From positions 25,792,001 to 25,856,000 of the forward strand of contig OX597819.1 in assembly GCA_951406725.2 (NCBI GenBank): 64,000 bases of DNA, given 5' to 3'. Below, piece after piece: positions 13,462 to 27,660 of this stretch. The notes below the pieces were generated by a model. The model worked only from the letters and a program-made list of their open reading frames with translations, was not told the DNA's origin and searched no databases. The position numbers were made by a program, and so were the translations under genes. How positions within the stretch are numbered: position 1 is the first letter of the stretch; the number at the start of each line of letters is the position of its first letter. Origin of the DNA: Octopus vulgaris (taxonomy: Eukaryota).

Positions 13462-14361
13462 TATATGTTAAAATGCAAGTTGTTTGTCTGTCTGTGTGTG
13501 TATTGTGTGAACCACTTCTACTATAATTTTCGACCGAATTACGTGACACTTGGCCTCTTGAAACAACTGTGAAGATATGACAGTTCAAAAGTTTTCTACG
13601 TATATATGAATGGATGTGTTCTTTTATTATATTCGGTATTTTCCACTGCATATAAATATATGTATCAAGCATAACTGTGTTTCTCTGCTTTACTACTTGA
13701 ATTGTTTTATTTCATCACTAGAAAACAACTTCGCCTTTTAAGCAAATGTATTTTCGTAACACACTCGAATAATTTAATAAAGGGACTTTGCGACGCCGCT
13801 GTTTCGATCTCGTAGTGCGTTTCTTCAGTTAAAGCTATCATTATCTAGTGTAGTTAAACATGATATCTGGCTCTTTCTTACATTATTCAGCAAACAAGCT
13901 ATCTACTTATATGCACTTGTAATTCAATAAATCGTGTATGCTATGAATACACACACATCTGAAAAGAAAACGCTTTCAAATGACAATATACAGCAGCGAT
14001 TATAATATATTCACGTTTAAATCTGTGGAAACATGCACTCACCCACACACACATTCACACATACAGTTATTGGCTACAGAAGCAGTATTAACACCAAAAT
14101 AAAGCTTTATGATCAACTTAAAATGGATGTCTTGTCAAACGTTGAATACCGCGTTAATCGCCTTAAGGGTCCTCTTATACAGACGTATGGTGCATAAATG
14201 CAAAAAATATATATCATACATCGAGCAAAAGACAACCGTCGGCTATGGGCACCGTCAATGCACTAAAACCATGCATGTGTATGAGGGGGCTTCTGAAAGC
14301 GGATAATAGAGGATTCGGAGTCCAAGACATTCACATTAAATTGGATATATATATATATATA

Positions 14362-14596
14362 CAATGTGGCCTCCAAAGTAGGTTTACAGATATTCAACTA
14401 TCTCTATCGCATTCATATATTAAGAGTTTAGATTTTAATTATAAAAGAAATATGAAACCATTATTCTGTACTAATTTAGTTAATTTTGTCAAACTCCCTT
14501 TTCAGTTTGTAAGATAGAAATTTAAATGTAATAAAATGTTTTAAATGAAATTTAAAGCGACTACCTCATAACTAAACCTACTTTTGGGCTATCCTG
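14362..14596. mobile_element. Tc1/mariner-like MITE
   Basis: TIRs caatgtggcctccaaagtaggttta / taaacctacttttgggctatcctg flanked by TA. Confidence 0.65.
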
Positions 14597-14630
<34 letters not shown>

Positions 14631-14631
<1 letters not shown>

Positions 14632-14934
14632 CACGTGATCACGTGACCGACCAGTCCATCGGATGTAGTTACACATCGCTGGTCACAATGCGTTCGCATT
14701 GTTTTAGCCTTCGAATGACGCCACCCCGCTGGCTAAGCGAACAGGCCAACAGAAGAAAGAGTGGGAGAAAGAGTGGTGAAAGAGTACAGCAGGGATCACT
14801 ACCCCCTGCCGGAGCATCGTGGAGCTTTTAGGTGTTTTCGCTCAATAAACACTCACAACGCCCGGTCTGGGAATCGAAACCGCGATCCTACGACCGCGAG
14901 TCCGCTGCCCTAACCATTGGGCCATTGCGCCTCC
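14631..14934 (-). mobile_element. SINE family A (tail type 2)
   Basis: Reverse complement of the family A head; tail ends ..ggtcacgtgatcacgtga as at about 4840. Confidence 0.9.
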
Positions 14935-14960
14935 ACACACACACACACCCACACACACAC

Positions 14961-15162
<202 letters not shown>

Positions 15163-15164
15163 CT

Positions 15165-15540
15165 GTCTGAACTGTTGGCACTCTGTCGCTTACGACGAGC
15201 CTCCCAGTTGATCCAATCAACGGAACAGCCTGCTCGTGAAATTAACGTGCAAGTGGCTCAGCACTCCACAGACACGTGTACCCATGACATGGTTCTCGGA
15301 CAATGTGAAGGCGCAATGGCCCAGTGGTTAGGGCAGCGGACTCGGGATCATAGGATCGCGGTTTCAATTCCCAGACCGGGCGTTTTGAGTGTTTATTGAG
15401 CCAAAACACCTAAAGCTCCACGAGGTCCCGGCAGAAGATGGTGGCGAACACTGCTGTACACTTTCACCACAACTTTCACTCTTACTTCCTGTTTCTGTTG
15501 TACCTGTATTTCAAAGGGCCAGCCTTGTGTCACGCTGAAT
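15165..15540. mobile_element. SINE family A: minus-strand tail fragment (15165-15300) abutting a plus-strand head (15306-15540)
   Basis: The tail matches the reverse complement of 9100-9215; the head matches 8860-9085. Confidence 0.8.
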
Positions 15541-16923
15541 ATTTATATATATATGTATGTATGTATGTATATATATATATATATATACACACACACATAT
15601 ATACATACACCCATATACAAGTATGTTTGTGCGTGTGTGTGTCTGTGAGTGTGTGTGTGCGTCGTATTTCGGGTTTCTCAAATACCTAATATATTCCACT
15701 GAATATATTAGGTATTCGTCTTGAACAGTTAAAATCTCTACATCTGTACATAGGATCAATGATTGAAACACATGGTGATGAAGTCCAAATCGTGACCTCA
15801 TGGATATGTCTATTTCTTTCCTTCTCACTCCTGTCTATCTGTTTTTACTTGTGTCACTTCATTATAATCTATATGCATGCAGTGGTTTATTTTTCAAAAA
15901 GAGCCTCTAAAGTGTTATGAAAATACAACCATAAAATTATCTTTCATGAAATGAAATATCGACATCACAATCTTAATTTATATAAGACAATGATATACGG
16001 TGAGCATCCAGTAAGTTTCTTCAAAACGAGTTGAAACAATTGGAAAGTAACTTGGGGAAGTATTAATAGTTGTAGTTACTTGGAAATAAATCATTCTAAT
16101 TTCAATATGTTTTATTCTTTCTTTGTTAAATACCTTTCGACAATCCTTGTAAGCAACTATTTAACAAGTTCCTTTCATAGCTGGCTTAATATAGTTTCTT
16201 CATATCCCTCCATTTCGTCATAGCTCTACTGAATGGGACAGCATGGAATGTATTTTTCCTCCATTGTTAATTGTACACTTAAGTGTGCTTTCTCATTCCC
16301 GTGTCCCTTTCTACCATGTTTTCGTTTTATTTTCTATTTTCTAGAACGTTTTTTCTTCCTCATTTTCCCTGCTGTATTACCGTTATGTCAAGCTGACATT
16401 TCTTGCATATTTGTATTTTCTTTTGATCCATATCTATGGTAGCTATTTGCCATTAAGTAAATTCCCCAACCCCGAAATCGATTTGTATTCATAGACAATG
16501 CTATATGCATTAACGCTCAAAGACAACTAGAATCACTGCAGCTGTATTGTGTAATACGAGCAGATGCTGGGAAAATATAAACTACGGGTATACTTCATGC
16601 ACTATTATGTAACTTTCTGCACTTTTCTCTTATTTCTTCTCCCCCTCTCTTTTCTTATATATATATATAAAGAGACAGAGAGAGAGAGAGAGAAAGAAAA
16701 AGGTTGACAGATAGAGAGAATGAGGGGGGTGGAAGGACGAGACATACTTATCCCAAAATAGGATAGCTTTAGGAAAACATGCAAAGACCCAAATTTTAAA
16801 ATTCACGCCAGGTTTAACAAAAACGAATCCAACCATTCTGTGTTTACTTCAATCTTGGCGATCACGAATTATTCATACTTCTTTACACATGTACCTACAT
16901 ACATACAAACATACATACATGCA

Positions 16924-17023
<100 letters not shown>

Positions 17024-17151
17024 TATATATATATAATATATACTTATAATATATATATAATACGTATATGTATATATGTATATAGAGTATATATATATAT
17101 GTATATATATAAATATATATATATATACATATATGTATATATGTATATAGA

Positions 17152-17251
<100 letters not shown>

Positions 17252-19679
17252 TGATTTTCTTAATACTATTATTTCAAAGTGTGCTTGTTTGTATGGTAAG
17301 GTGCAATCAATACTTGAAGCTTTCGCACATATATTAGTTATAAAACCAAATATGATATTGAAAAACTAAAATAACATCAACTTCGATTCGTTCTCAGCAT
17401 CGTATGTGTGCTCACTCATACATGACTGGATGTAACTATGAAAACATATATGCAATGTGTTCGTGAGTGTTCTTGAAGTTGAAGTTATAAAGCTGTTTAA
17501 CTGCACGCATTTGCACACGTGATTCAATGGACCGTATTATTACGTGTGGTGTATGTGAGAAGAAAATGTCATCTCCATCAACGTGCTTTTATTTCCCTCG
17601 GTTGAAAATGTCAAATAAAGCAACAATTCTATATTGGTGGTTTTTCTTTATTTACTCGATTTTTAGATAACGTTGTATCACTAACGGAAACCTCAACTGG
17701 CCGAGTTCATCGCAAGTTGATCTTTTAACTGAATGATCAATTTTTTATATCACTCCATCACCTCCGGCATCCTATCGTTTACATGTACGATTCAGTTTAA
17801 GAGATCCAGTTCACTATGCTATAAATAGTCATCATAAAGTGAATGCTGTAAACAGTTTGAGCTATGCATATACGAACAGTTGCTGTAGTATTAATATGCA
17901 TCGCTCTGTTAACATTTTCACCCAAATAGCCGTACGGATAACGTTATTATCAATTTAAATGTTAGAAATAACGTTTAATGGTCAGTTATTCTTAATAACT
18001 AGTAGGAAATAGTGGATTGATTACTTACGCGTTGGACAACCTGGCCCTGAGTTAATTTTTCGAACAGCGTTGAAAATTACAAATCACGTTAAGACCGACT
18101 TCCACTTTTTGGGAGCCGATAAACAAGAACTACCTTCTGGGTGTTGGATTGGTGGAAGTGGAAGAAAAGTCGCGCTGGATACCTTGCTGTTTTGTGACAA
18201 GTCTTTGTGTTACGCGTTGAAATCTTCTCATAGGCTACTGAAGCTGCGATCTTAATCCGTCTTCTGTTTAACACCCCCCCCCGATTCTTGCGTACTTTTA
18301 GCTAAACTTCATTATGCTGTAACACGTATTCTGTAGTTTGAGGAATGTTTGCGGCTCTCTCCACCTCTCTTAACAATCTGGTTGATCTATATACAGAGGC
18401 CTACAAGATTGTTAGATGGGAGGTGCGAAAATATCCTCGAAGGGGAACAGCTTCCTTCGAAGGAAGACAGAGGCACCTTCTCTCCTAACTAAAAGATCGA
18501 AAATAATGCAATGTCTTAAATCTGTTAAGTGGTATAATATTGGAGAGCTCTTCTCGGTACATATTTCAGGAAAAATACTAATTTATAACTGAGGAAATAG
18601 ATTTATTACCTCATTTAGTCGTTTCTGTGTAAGGAGATTTATTTACAGTACTAATTACTACCAATTTTTGTAAGTTACTTTGTTTTTCTGATGTAATTTT
18701 TAAGACGAGTGACAGTTTGAGAATAATAAATCAACTCCTGGTCATTGTAAGAATGTGGACTCTGAGAAGGAGAGATAATCAATAAATTCGCTACATCGTT
18801 ATGAAATATATTAGCTACAGAAATATATTTTGGAGCTTGAACATAAATTATTATATTTGACCTCTATGAAGGCACGAACATTTATATCATAGGTTCGTGT
18901 AGTAATGAAACAAATGTTGAAGACAAAACGTACAACCTATCCTCAGTTGTTTCCGAAGATTATTTTGTTAAAAGAATAGTTGGCATTTAATTGATTTTGA
19001 AAGAATACAGCAGTGTCGTCAGGTTAAATCACGCAAACTTTGATGTTAATCGTTGACCTTATATAAATACCACATCAAATACTTTATCACGCCCTCAAAA
19101 CTCGAATATCTCTTTCAGAAAATATGCATACTGCGTCTATGATAATTCGTTGATACTGATATTCTTTTACTTGTTTTATCGATTGGTCCATGACCATGTT
19201 GGAGCACTGCCTTGATGTGTTTAGACAAACAATTCGCCTCCAATCCTTATTTCATATCTGATACATACTTTGTTGTTTTCGATTTGTCTAACTACTTCAT
19301 AACCAGGACGTAAACGACCAGATCTAGTTTCCAAGCAACAGGGACCAAGAACACAAAAAAACCCTCACGTATATACATATAGTTACATATGTAAAACGGC
19401 TTCTTTTTTCCATCTACCTGAAGGCACTAGTCGGCTGGGACTATAATAAATGAGACTTGCTCATTGTGCTACGCATTGGTGGTGAGCCTGAAAGCAGTTT
19501 GTTGCAAAGCAAATTCCTTACCTACATATTCATGGCTGAGGATATATCGGAGAAATGTTTTGTTTTATACAAAAAACGCAAGTGATTCCTACACATTTAT
19601 GTTGTTAGCACACTTTTAACATGGTGTGCTCTCACGCACATATTCTACAATGCGAGGTCCACGAAAGAGACGTTATAAT

Positions 19680-20058
19680 CTTTTTTTGGTGGAGGGGGCC
19701 AGTCGATTAGATGGATCCCAGCACGCAAATGGTATTTAATTTATCGACCCCGAAAGGATGAAAGCCAAAGTTGACCTCGGCGGAATTTGAAATCATAACG
19801 TAAAGGCAGACGAAATACCAATTTCTTTACTATCCACAAGGGGCTAAACACAGAGGAGACAAACAAGGACAGACAGACGGATTAAATCGATTGCATCGAC
19901 CCCAGTGCGTAACTGGTACTTATTTAATCGACCCCGAAGGGAGATGAAAGCCAAAGTTGACCTGGGTGGAATTTGAAATCATAACGTAAAGGCAGACGAA
20001 ATACTGGTCAGCATTTCACCCGGCATGCTAACGTTTCTGCCAGCTCGCCTCTTTAAAA
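19680..20058 (-). mobile_element. Dimeric SINE family C (Meta-domain-like) with TSD
   Basis: Two ctttcatc..ttcggggtcgat..aa bodies; direct repeat agacgttataat at 19668-19679 and 20059-20070. Confidence 0.85.
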
Positions 20059-20556
20059 AGACGTTATAATGTTTTGACTGTGAGTGTATATTTGTTTATC
20101 TGTCAATGGATTTCTTGAACTATTCAGTGGGGGCATGAAATGTAGTCTGTCTTAATGTAGGAACAGCATGCACATGTCCGTCTTATTTGAGATTGAGTAA
20201 CAAGACAAAACAAAAGCTAAATACTGAACTAGGCTTCAGAACAGTTGATACAGTGATTGCCTAGAGACATTGTAGTAGATAGATTCATTGAAAAGCATTT
20301 CAGTATCTGAGCTTTTATTAACAGATTTAATTTATACGTATGTTTGCCAGTTGATAAATCGAAAACCGATAATTTATTGTCTTTGTGAAGAGGAAGAATT
20401 TCCCATACATTATTTTACTCTGATACACGCACAAAAACGACGCGTGTTTAAAGTTACTTAAAAACAGGAGCTAAATTGCTCCAGTGCTGTTACAAAGTGC
20501 ATAACATATCTACTCTGATAGGGGCTGCAATCGCCCTGAACACCGAACCGAGAATT

Positions 20557-20608
20557 CCTTATATTGACCGGTTAGTTTTGGCTATTGCGGTAGCCATCTT
20601 CAGTAAGG
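20557..20608 (-). ncRNA. Type-I hammerhead ribozyme with G12A, likely inactive
   Basis: Minus strand cctta-CTGAAGA-t-ggcta(ccgcaa)tagcc-AAAA-ctaaccggtcaa-TA-taagg. Perfect stems I and II; GAAA is now AAAA. Confidence 0.75.
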
Positions 20609-20657
20609 CCATTCCGTTTGGTTGATTGCGGGCTACTCGCCTAGAGGAGTATGTATA

Positions 20658-21051
20658 TCTTTATATATAAAAGTCAAGTTGTGTGTCTGTCTCCTACGAT
20701 TTAGATTCCTAACTACTCCCACATTTTGCGGTGCAGTGTAACCAAAAGCGGGTATCTTATAGTCGTGATTCATATTGAGCCCTTCTCGGTATTAGCGCGC
20801 ATCTACGATGTGTCTACGATTAAAAAAAAATTACCATAATTTTTCCGTATTTTTAATGCATTTTCGCTCGGTTTATATAAGGGAAGTAACTCTTTAAAAA
20901 TGTATTATTAAATCTCAGAATGTAAAAAGCTACAGTAACACCCCCCTTTGTGGTTAACCATATTGAGATGGCTATTATACTTTACATCTCTAAAAATGCT
21001 TATATAGTTATTTCCCTTACAAACCCGAGCAACGCCGGGTGATACTGCTAG
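20658..21051 (+). mobile_element. Non-autonomous Helitron
   Basis: Inserted between A and T with no TSD. 5' TC(tttatatataaaag), subterminal hairpin cccg-agcaacgc-cggg at 21024-21039, 3' CTAG. Confidence 0.8.
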
Positions 21052-21400
21052 TTCAGCATAAAAATCTACGGGTGATTTAGCATAGCGCTAATGTGTATTC
21101 AAAGAATGAATAAAAAATGAATTGAAACTGCTCCTTGCAATATTATACTGTAAAAGAAAATTATAATCATCAACCAAACTTGACAAAGAGTGCGAATAAC
21201 ACCGGCATTAATACAAATAGGACCTAAAATGTTCTAATGCTGTTACAAAGAACATAACATATACTCTGATAGGGGCTGCAATCACCCTGCAAACCTAATC
21301 GAGAATTCTTCAGACTGACACACACACATATATATATAAAGATACATACATCCATATACATAAATATACACACATACATACACACATACATACATATATA

Positions 21401-21565
21401 GGCGCAGGAGTGGCTGTGTGGTAAGTAGCTTGCTAACCAGCCACATGGTTTCGGGTTCAGTCCCACTGCGTGGCATCTTGGGCAAGTGTCTTCTCTTATA
21501 GCCCCGGGCCGACCAATGCCTTGTGAGTGGATTTGGTAGACGGAAACTGAAAGAAGCCTGTCGTA

Positions 21566-21614
<49 letters not shown>

Positions 21615-21840
21615 GTGTGTGTGTTTGTGTGTCTGTGTTTGTCCCCCTAGCATTGCTTGACAACCGATGCTGGTGTGTTTACGTCCCCGTCACTTAGCGG
21701 TTCGGCAAAAAGAGAACCAATAGAATAAGTACTGGGCTTACAAAGAATAAGTCCCGGGGTCGATTTGTTCGACTAAAGGCGGTGCTCCAGCATGGCCGCA
21801 GTCAAATGACTGAAACAAGTAAAAAGAGTAAAAAAAGAGT
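21401..21840 (+). mobile_element. SINE family B, full length
   Basis: ggcgcaggagtggctgtgtggtaag..gggttcagtccc head, internal TA/TG microsatellite, aaaaagagta tail repeats. Confidence 0.9.
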
Positions 21841-21944
21841 ATATACATTATCATTGCTGATACTTATATCACATGGCTCCCTGCTATGGTTTCCAACTAC
21901 TAGAGATATTAATATGACTCATAATTTCTTATGCGAAAAATGAT

Positions 21945-22810
21945 AATAATGTCAAGAAAGAAAATAGCAGCTCGAGTTGATAACAAAATGTTCAGTTGAT
22001 ATAAGAATGGATTTTGGTCGAAGGAAATGTTCACATGTGATTGTTGAACGGGAAAAAATCTGTCCACAAGACTCAAAACATGGTCTCAAAATCGCTCTTG
22101 TTCCACACAAAGAATATTGCAAGTACTTAGGCATCGATGAAAACATACCATACGAAGGTGCTGTGAATAAAGATAGAGTAATCCCAAAATATTTTGTCAG
22201 ATTTAGAAAAATACAAGTGAATCCTCAACAATACATTTGCAGTATCAGTGCTGATTACAACGTTTCCGATACTTGACTATTCTGTAGAGAAAATACATTC
22301 CACAGATATTAAAGCCTACAAGTCATCAACTGCGAATTTCTACAGAAATGATAATATCAACAAACTCTACCTCAGAAGAGATGAAGGAGTCAGAGGTTTA
22401 AGATCAGTGCTGACGACCTTGAAATGCCGTATATTCTCTCGCAGAATTCACATACTAAGCAACAAAATCAAAAGTAATTAGATTAACTTAGTGCTTAAAA
22501 GGGAAGAGAACCGTAGGTTGCGTTTCGGCAGCGTGCTTCTTGGAAACACTCTCTTCTTGATGACCTCATATCCAACACTAAAGCAACTGGACTAGCATAT
22601 CTCAAAGAATACCTGGATGTTAAATAGTCAGTATACTAAAAAATAAACCAGACGTGGGTATTTTTCCCGAAAACCTGAAGACAGTAATATATAGTCCTGC
22701 CGCATTGCCTCGCATGGACTAGTAACCGCTACATCATATCACTCTTCAAAGGCTATGCTTTTGCAATCCAAGAACAGGAAATTGCAACGATATACCTAAT
22801 AAATAAAAAA
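21945..22810 (+). pseudogene. Decayed R4/Dong-like non-LTR retrotransposon (RT C-terminal/thumb region)
   Basis: Frameshifted motifs DIRMDFGRRKC, CKYLGIDE, LYLRRDEGVRGL and FAIQEQEIAT, typical of RLE-type R4-clade LINEs. Confidence 0.8.
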
Positions 22811-22861
22811 AAGCGAATCCCTTGGCTGACATCACACACACACACATATACACATTCACTA

Positions 22862-23530
22862 TCTTATATAAAGAAAGACTCATTTTGTAATTTAAGGGAT
22901 TACCAAGACCTAACCAACAACATTCGCGTTCTCAAAACACTTTAAATAATGTCTAAGGTCGAACACTGAACTGCTTTCTATGAAGGCAATACACGATTTT
23001 TATGTTCTGATCATATTTTATAGGTGTGTTCGAGGATTAACTTGATAATAAAACAACAAACAGCATGTTTTTTTTTAATAATGTAATAACGTAACGGAAT
23101 TGATGTAGGAGTGACTTTCATAACATTTTTACATTCTAACTGAACGCAATGAATAGAGTATAATAATTCTAATTCAATATAATTCCGTTGAATTATATAA
23201 TATTTATAAGTATCCATTTACCAAGCGTATCCTACACCATGCTATGTACTCCAGTGAATGCATAACATCAATCAATATTTTACTACCATCTTTAATTACT
23301 AGTTTGATCAACAGCCAACGCACATACGTTCACTCACGAACCACAGTTGGTTGATATTGATTGCTAGCAACAGCCAGCAAGTTACGATCTTATAAAAAAG
23401 TTATCTTCTAAAAAGAAAGACTCATTTTGTAATTTAAGGGATTGCCAAGAGCTAACCAACAACATTCGCGTTCTCAAAACACTTTAAATAATGTCTAAGG
23501 TCGAACACGTAACTGCTTTCTATGAAGGTA
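22862..23530 (+). repeat. About 120-bp direct duplication (22871-22987 / 23412-23528) with Helitron-like 5' ends
   Basis: Near-identical aagaaagactcattttgtaatttaagggat..ctatgaagg; each copy is preceded by a|tctt(a/c)ta. Confidence 0.7.
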
Positions 23531-25614
23531 TGCTAAAATTGAATGCATCAAACATTGGAGATAAACTTCAATGTTACACATATAGAGCATTCGTATTTTC
23601 AGACCTTACGAAACTTTCAATTGATATTTACTTGTTCCACTCACCTGACTGTGGCCAGGCCAGGCAAGATCGTCACCTAGAAGAAATAAGGAAAACAAAT
23701 CGACTCTTGTACTTATTCTTTTGAAGTCTGGTATTTATTTTAAACAAACCAACACCAGTTTTCAAGCCGTGCGACGACAAAGACAAAATACACGCTCGAA
23801 TATACACACACATATTCTGATATTTATATACTAATGTTTATATCTAATACATTTTTCGCTGCATTGTTTATTTGTCTTTTTATTCTATCTGATATTTGTT
23901 ATGGTTCTTCTATAAGAATGAAGTTATATACGTTAATTTACCACTTCTATATACGAAAATGTAGAAGAAATCTTGCGAAGCAGAATTTATTTTAACAAGA
24001 TACTTATTAAACACCTCAGAAGACACATCTACACCGAGGGATACACCTAAACCAAATGTCCAGAATCCGGTCCGCAAGGGCTCGATGCTAGAGGGGTCGA
24101 AACAATTGTAACGATTAAAGAAGATTTTTGTATCTTCTATATTCTGTCTCACTCGTTAGTCAAATATATATATACACATACGCATCCATATATTAACTCG
24201 GTATTGCCTGACAATAGCCAAATTTTCAATAATTCTGGAATAACTTAAACGATAAAACCAAGTGTTCATTTGAAACTATACAGTAGTGTATCTAAACAAC
24301 TCTAATGCTATCAGACACCATTTAGGTCATAAAAGTAATTATGTCTTCATGTAAATAGTATTTTCTGAGCAATAGTCAACTCGATTTTAGATTGAGAATA
24401 TTCATTCACTTACATGTAGACATACATACATACATGCATACACATTTAGAAACATACTTGCAGAACTGTAGATTCAGAAATGCCGCAGTTCATGATTGCA
24501 AAATAAATTATAAGTTATTTAAGCCAGTAATAACAATAGACCAACCCAATTAACTTCATCTCTAACTGCTTTTTATCCATTTTTAATAAATAAAGGATAT
24601 TAGCACACTTATACAAGAGGTGCTGTGTAGGAAAAAACCAGATTTCTGATTGTTGGTTTGCAAAACCTCTAATAATTTCATTTGACTCCTAATATTCCTA
24701 CAAAAGACTAGAATGTTATTTTGTTTGATTGTTAAAATAAACGAACTTTGAGCCAGGCCAAGAGAGAGTATTGTTTATGTAAGAGCAGTAAACCTTTTTA
24801 TAAACGGAAGATCTCCATTGTTACCAAAGATTTATTTCCCGGTTATGGTTGATAAGATCGTAAGAGATCTGGAAAAAGAATTTTTAAATCCATTGTCCTT
24901 TCTAAAACCATCTGGCTCCTCTGTGATTTTAGCAGAATCTCATCTGCTGAGTGCCGGTGGTTGGTGTGAGATTCGGAAGCCTTGAATAAAGAGTTCTGGT
25001 CAAAACCCTTCTTGTAGCTAAACTACAGAATTTTTAAGATGTTAATATCATACAAATACGGGAGATGGAATATAAACATTCTAACAAAGATGCAGCTTTG
25101 AAATTCTATATTTCATGCACCATTTTACTTTTCCTATGTAATGTTATTTTCTTGAAAACCGATAAATTCGTGTCTAAGAATATTTTGCTGATATTGAATT
25201 AGTCTATTTTCTTTTATATAACAAATATCGAATTTAAAAAATTCAATGTAGTTTTTTATGCACTTTTTATGGATAGTTATGTAGTTATGTAATCGTTCCC
25301 AGTTTTACAAAACACAATATGCAAGTATGTATATATATATATATATATACGTACGTGTGTGTGTGTGTGTGTATATACATATATATGTACGTATGTATGT
25401 ATATGTATTCATGTATTTCGTAAGTATATGGATTTCTTATTTTGTCTATTATTGTTTTTGTATAGAGCTTTACAAGCCTAAATTTATCTCAAAATCAATG
25501 TAAGACTTGAAGATTAAATTTTATATTTTATGAATTAAATATTTCATAATGCAATCACGAATGGATAATTTAGATTCGAATGCAATCATAAACGTTAAAT
25601 ATATTCAATAGTAA

Positions 25615-25687
25615 TCATAATGATTATGATGATGATGATGATGATAATAATAATAAAAATAATAATAATAATAACAATAATAATAAC

Positions 25688-25743
<56 letters not shown>

Positions 25744-25871
25744 AAATAAGTAGAAGAAGAGGAGGAAGAGGAAGAAAATGAAGAAGAAGAAAAAAGATGA
25801 AGAAGAAGATGAAGAAGAAGAAGGGGAAGAAGAAGAAGAAGAAGAAGAAGAAGAAGAAGAAGAAGAAGAAG

Positions 25872-25903
<32 letters not shown>

Positions 25904-25910
25904 GAAGAAA
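25615..25910. repeat. Compound (GAT)(TAA)n(GAA)n microsatellite
   Basis: Direct reading. Confidence 0.95.
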
Positions 25911-27209
25911 TAGAATTAAATAAAGATACTAGAAACTGATTTAAGAGAGGATACACACAAAATTATATTTTATAAAACTTAAAGAATGCAAGGCATTTTG
26001 AAATGGGTATAAATTTTGACGAAACATGCTGGACAAATTAGCGTCTGTATTGTGATTTTAAGTAGGTTTTAAAGTTCATAAATATGTTTGAATAAATTCT
26101 AGTTAATCAAATCTATTCTGTGAATTTTATTTATTTATACTGTAACCATATAAATAACTCATTTACACGTACATTTTCATTCAAGTAGACATTCTGTATA
26201 CATTTGGAATATTGTCAATAGTGGGTCGATGAAAATTCACAAAAGTCTATTCGTTCCTTTTTAGATGAAAATTCCTTAAGAATTTTTCTTAGTCCGCTAT
26301 ACACAATTCCGTGAAGTGTAACATGTATAGAAACAGACTGTGTGATGCTCCATCAACTCAGTCATGTTATTTCATACACCTGAATGAATGGATTTATTTT
26401 TCAGACAAAATTAAATTGATTAATTGTTGATTGTTTACACTTATACTGTAGAGTTTATATCCGGGGTGTTTTGTTATTTTCAATGTATGTTTAACCTTTA
26501 TACCCATTTGTCAGAGCTCTTTTTTTTAAAACTTTTTACACGCTCCTTTGTCCGGTGCGTAACAATGAAATCAATGTATCTACTAATGGAGAGAGTCAAG
26601 CATTTTCGATTTTCAGTCTAAACTACTCTGAAACCATAGTGAAGAAGAAATGCAAGAACTCACGAACTGATTTTCTAGATTAACGAAAAACTTTAATACT
26701 CTCGTCAGAATGCTTATTTCAGATGAATTTTAAGTAAGCTCAGTTTTTAATTGAAGACCAAAAAAAAAGTTTTAATTTTCGTAATCATTTTCTCTAATAT
26801 CATGACATATTAAACTAAATAATTTCATCAAATATGCATTCCATTATATTATATTGATTACTTATGTCATATAATTATGTATTCTTATTAACTGATTTCG
26901 ATTTCTTCATGTCAGTTAGGCAATCTGCTAGCCTCTAATTTGTAATATCTGACATATTTTGTTGTGGTCATAAGGATGTTTATTTATTCAAAGTTCCTAA
27001 TCCTATCACACCAACAAATATATAATATGAGAGGAAATGAAATAAAGAGTAGTGTCTTTATTATTTAAAGTAAATTCAGAAGACAAGGCTTGGTTTAAAT
27101 AACCTACAGCAATCAATGGATAATATAAAACGGAACTGAAGACAGGTTTAGTGTCACAGTTTGATAATAGTCATCAGCCATTGATAATTAATGCCTATGC
27201 TAGACATGA

Positions 27210-27660
27210 ATATTGGTTTCAAATTTTGGTGCAAGGCCAGCAGTTTTGAGGGATCGGTTGAGTTGATTACATCGACCTCAGTGCTGAAATGGTCCTTATT
27301 ATATCAACCTGAAAAGATCACAGGCAAAGTCGAGTCCGGCGGAATTTGAGTTCAGAACGTTATGATGGACGAAATGCCGCTAAGCAGTTACCTGGCGTGT
27401 TAACTACCCAGCCAGCTCACCGCCTTATGTTAGAAATTAATATTGGTTTTAAATTTTGGCTCAAGGCTAGCAATTTTAGGGACGGGGTAAGTCGATTACT
27501 TCAATTCCAATGGTTAATTGGTACTTATTTTATCGACACCAAATGGATGGAACACAAAGCTGACATAAGCGGAATTTGAACTCAGAACATTGAGGCGTTT
27601 TGAACTCAGAACAGAAAGGCATTTTGTCCGGCATGCTGACGATTCTACCAGCTCGGCGCC
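27210..27660 (-). mobile_element. Two tandem decayed SINE family C copies
   Basis: Each copy has aatattggttt.aaattttgg..caaggc and ggaatttga..cagaac, spaced about 230 bp apart. Confidence 0.75.

Larger units (their letters stand above)
20430..21318 (-). mobile_element. Retrozyme-like element, about 359-nt unit in partial tandem, interrupted by a Helitron
   Basis: 20485-20560 repeats at 21238-21310 (offset 753, or 359 after removing the 394-bp Helitron). Colinear homology to 5431-5875. Confidence 0.7.

Noticed and set aside
13785-13835. Minus-strand CTGAAGA..GAAAC motif
   Set aside because: Stem II does not pair and stem I is broken.
15921-16010. Kinase-like peptide EMKYRHHNLNLYK before a gtaagt donor
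   Set aside because: In-frame stop just upstream and no AG acceptor before the peptide; only a 24-nt microexon is possible.
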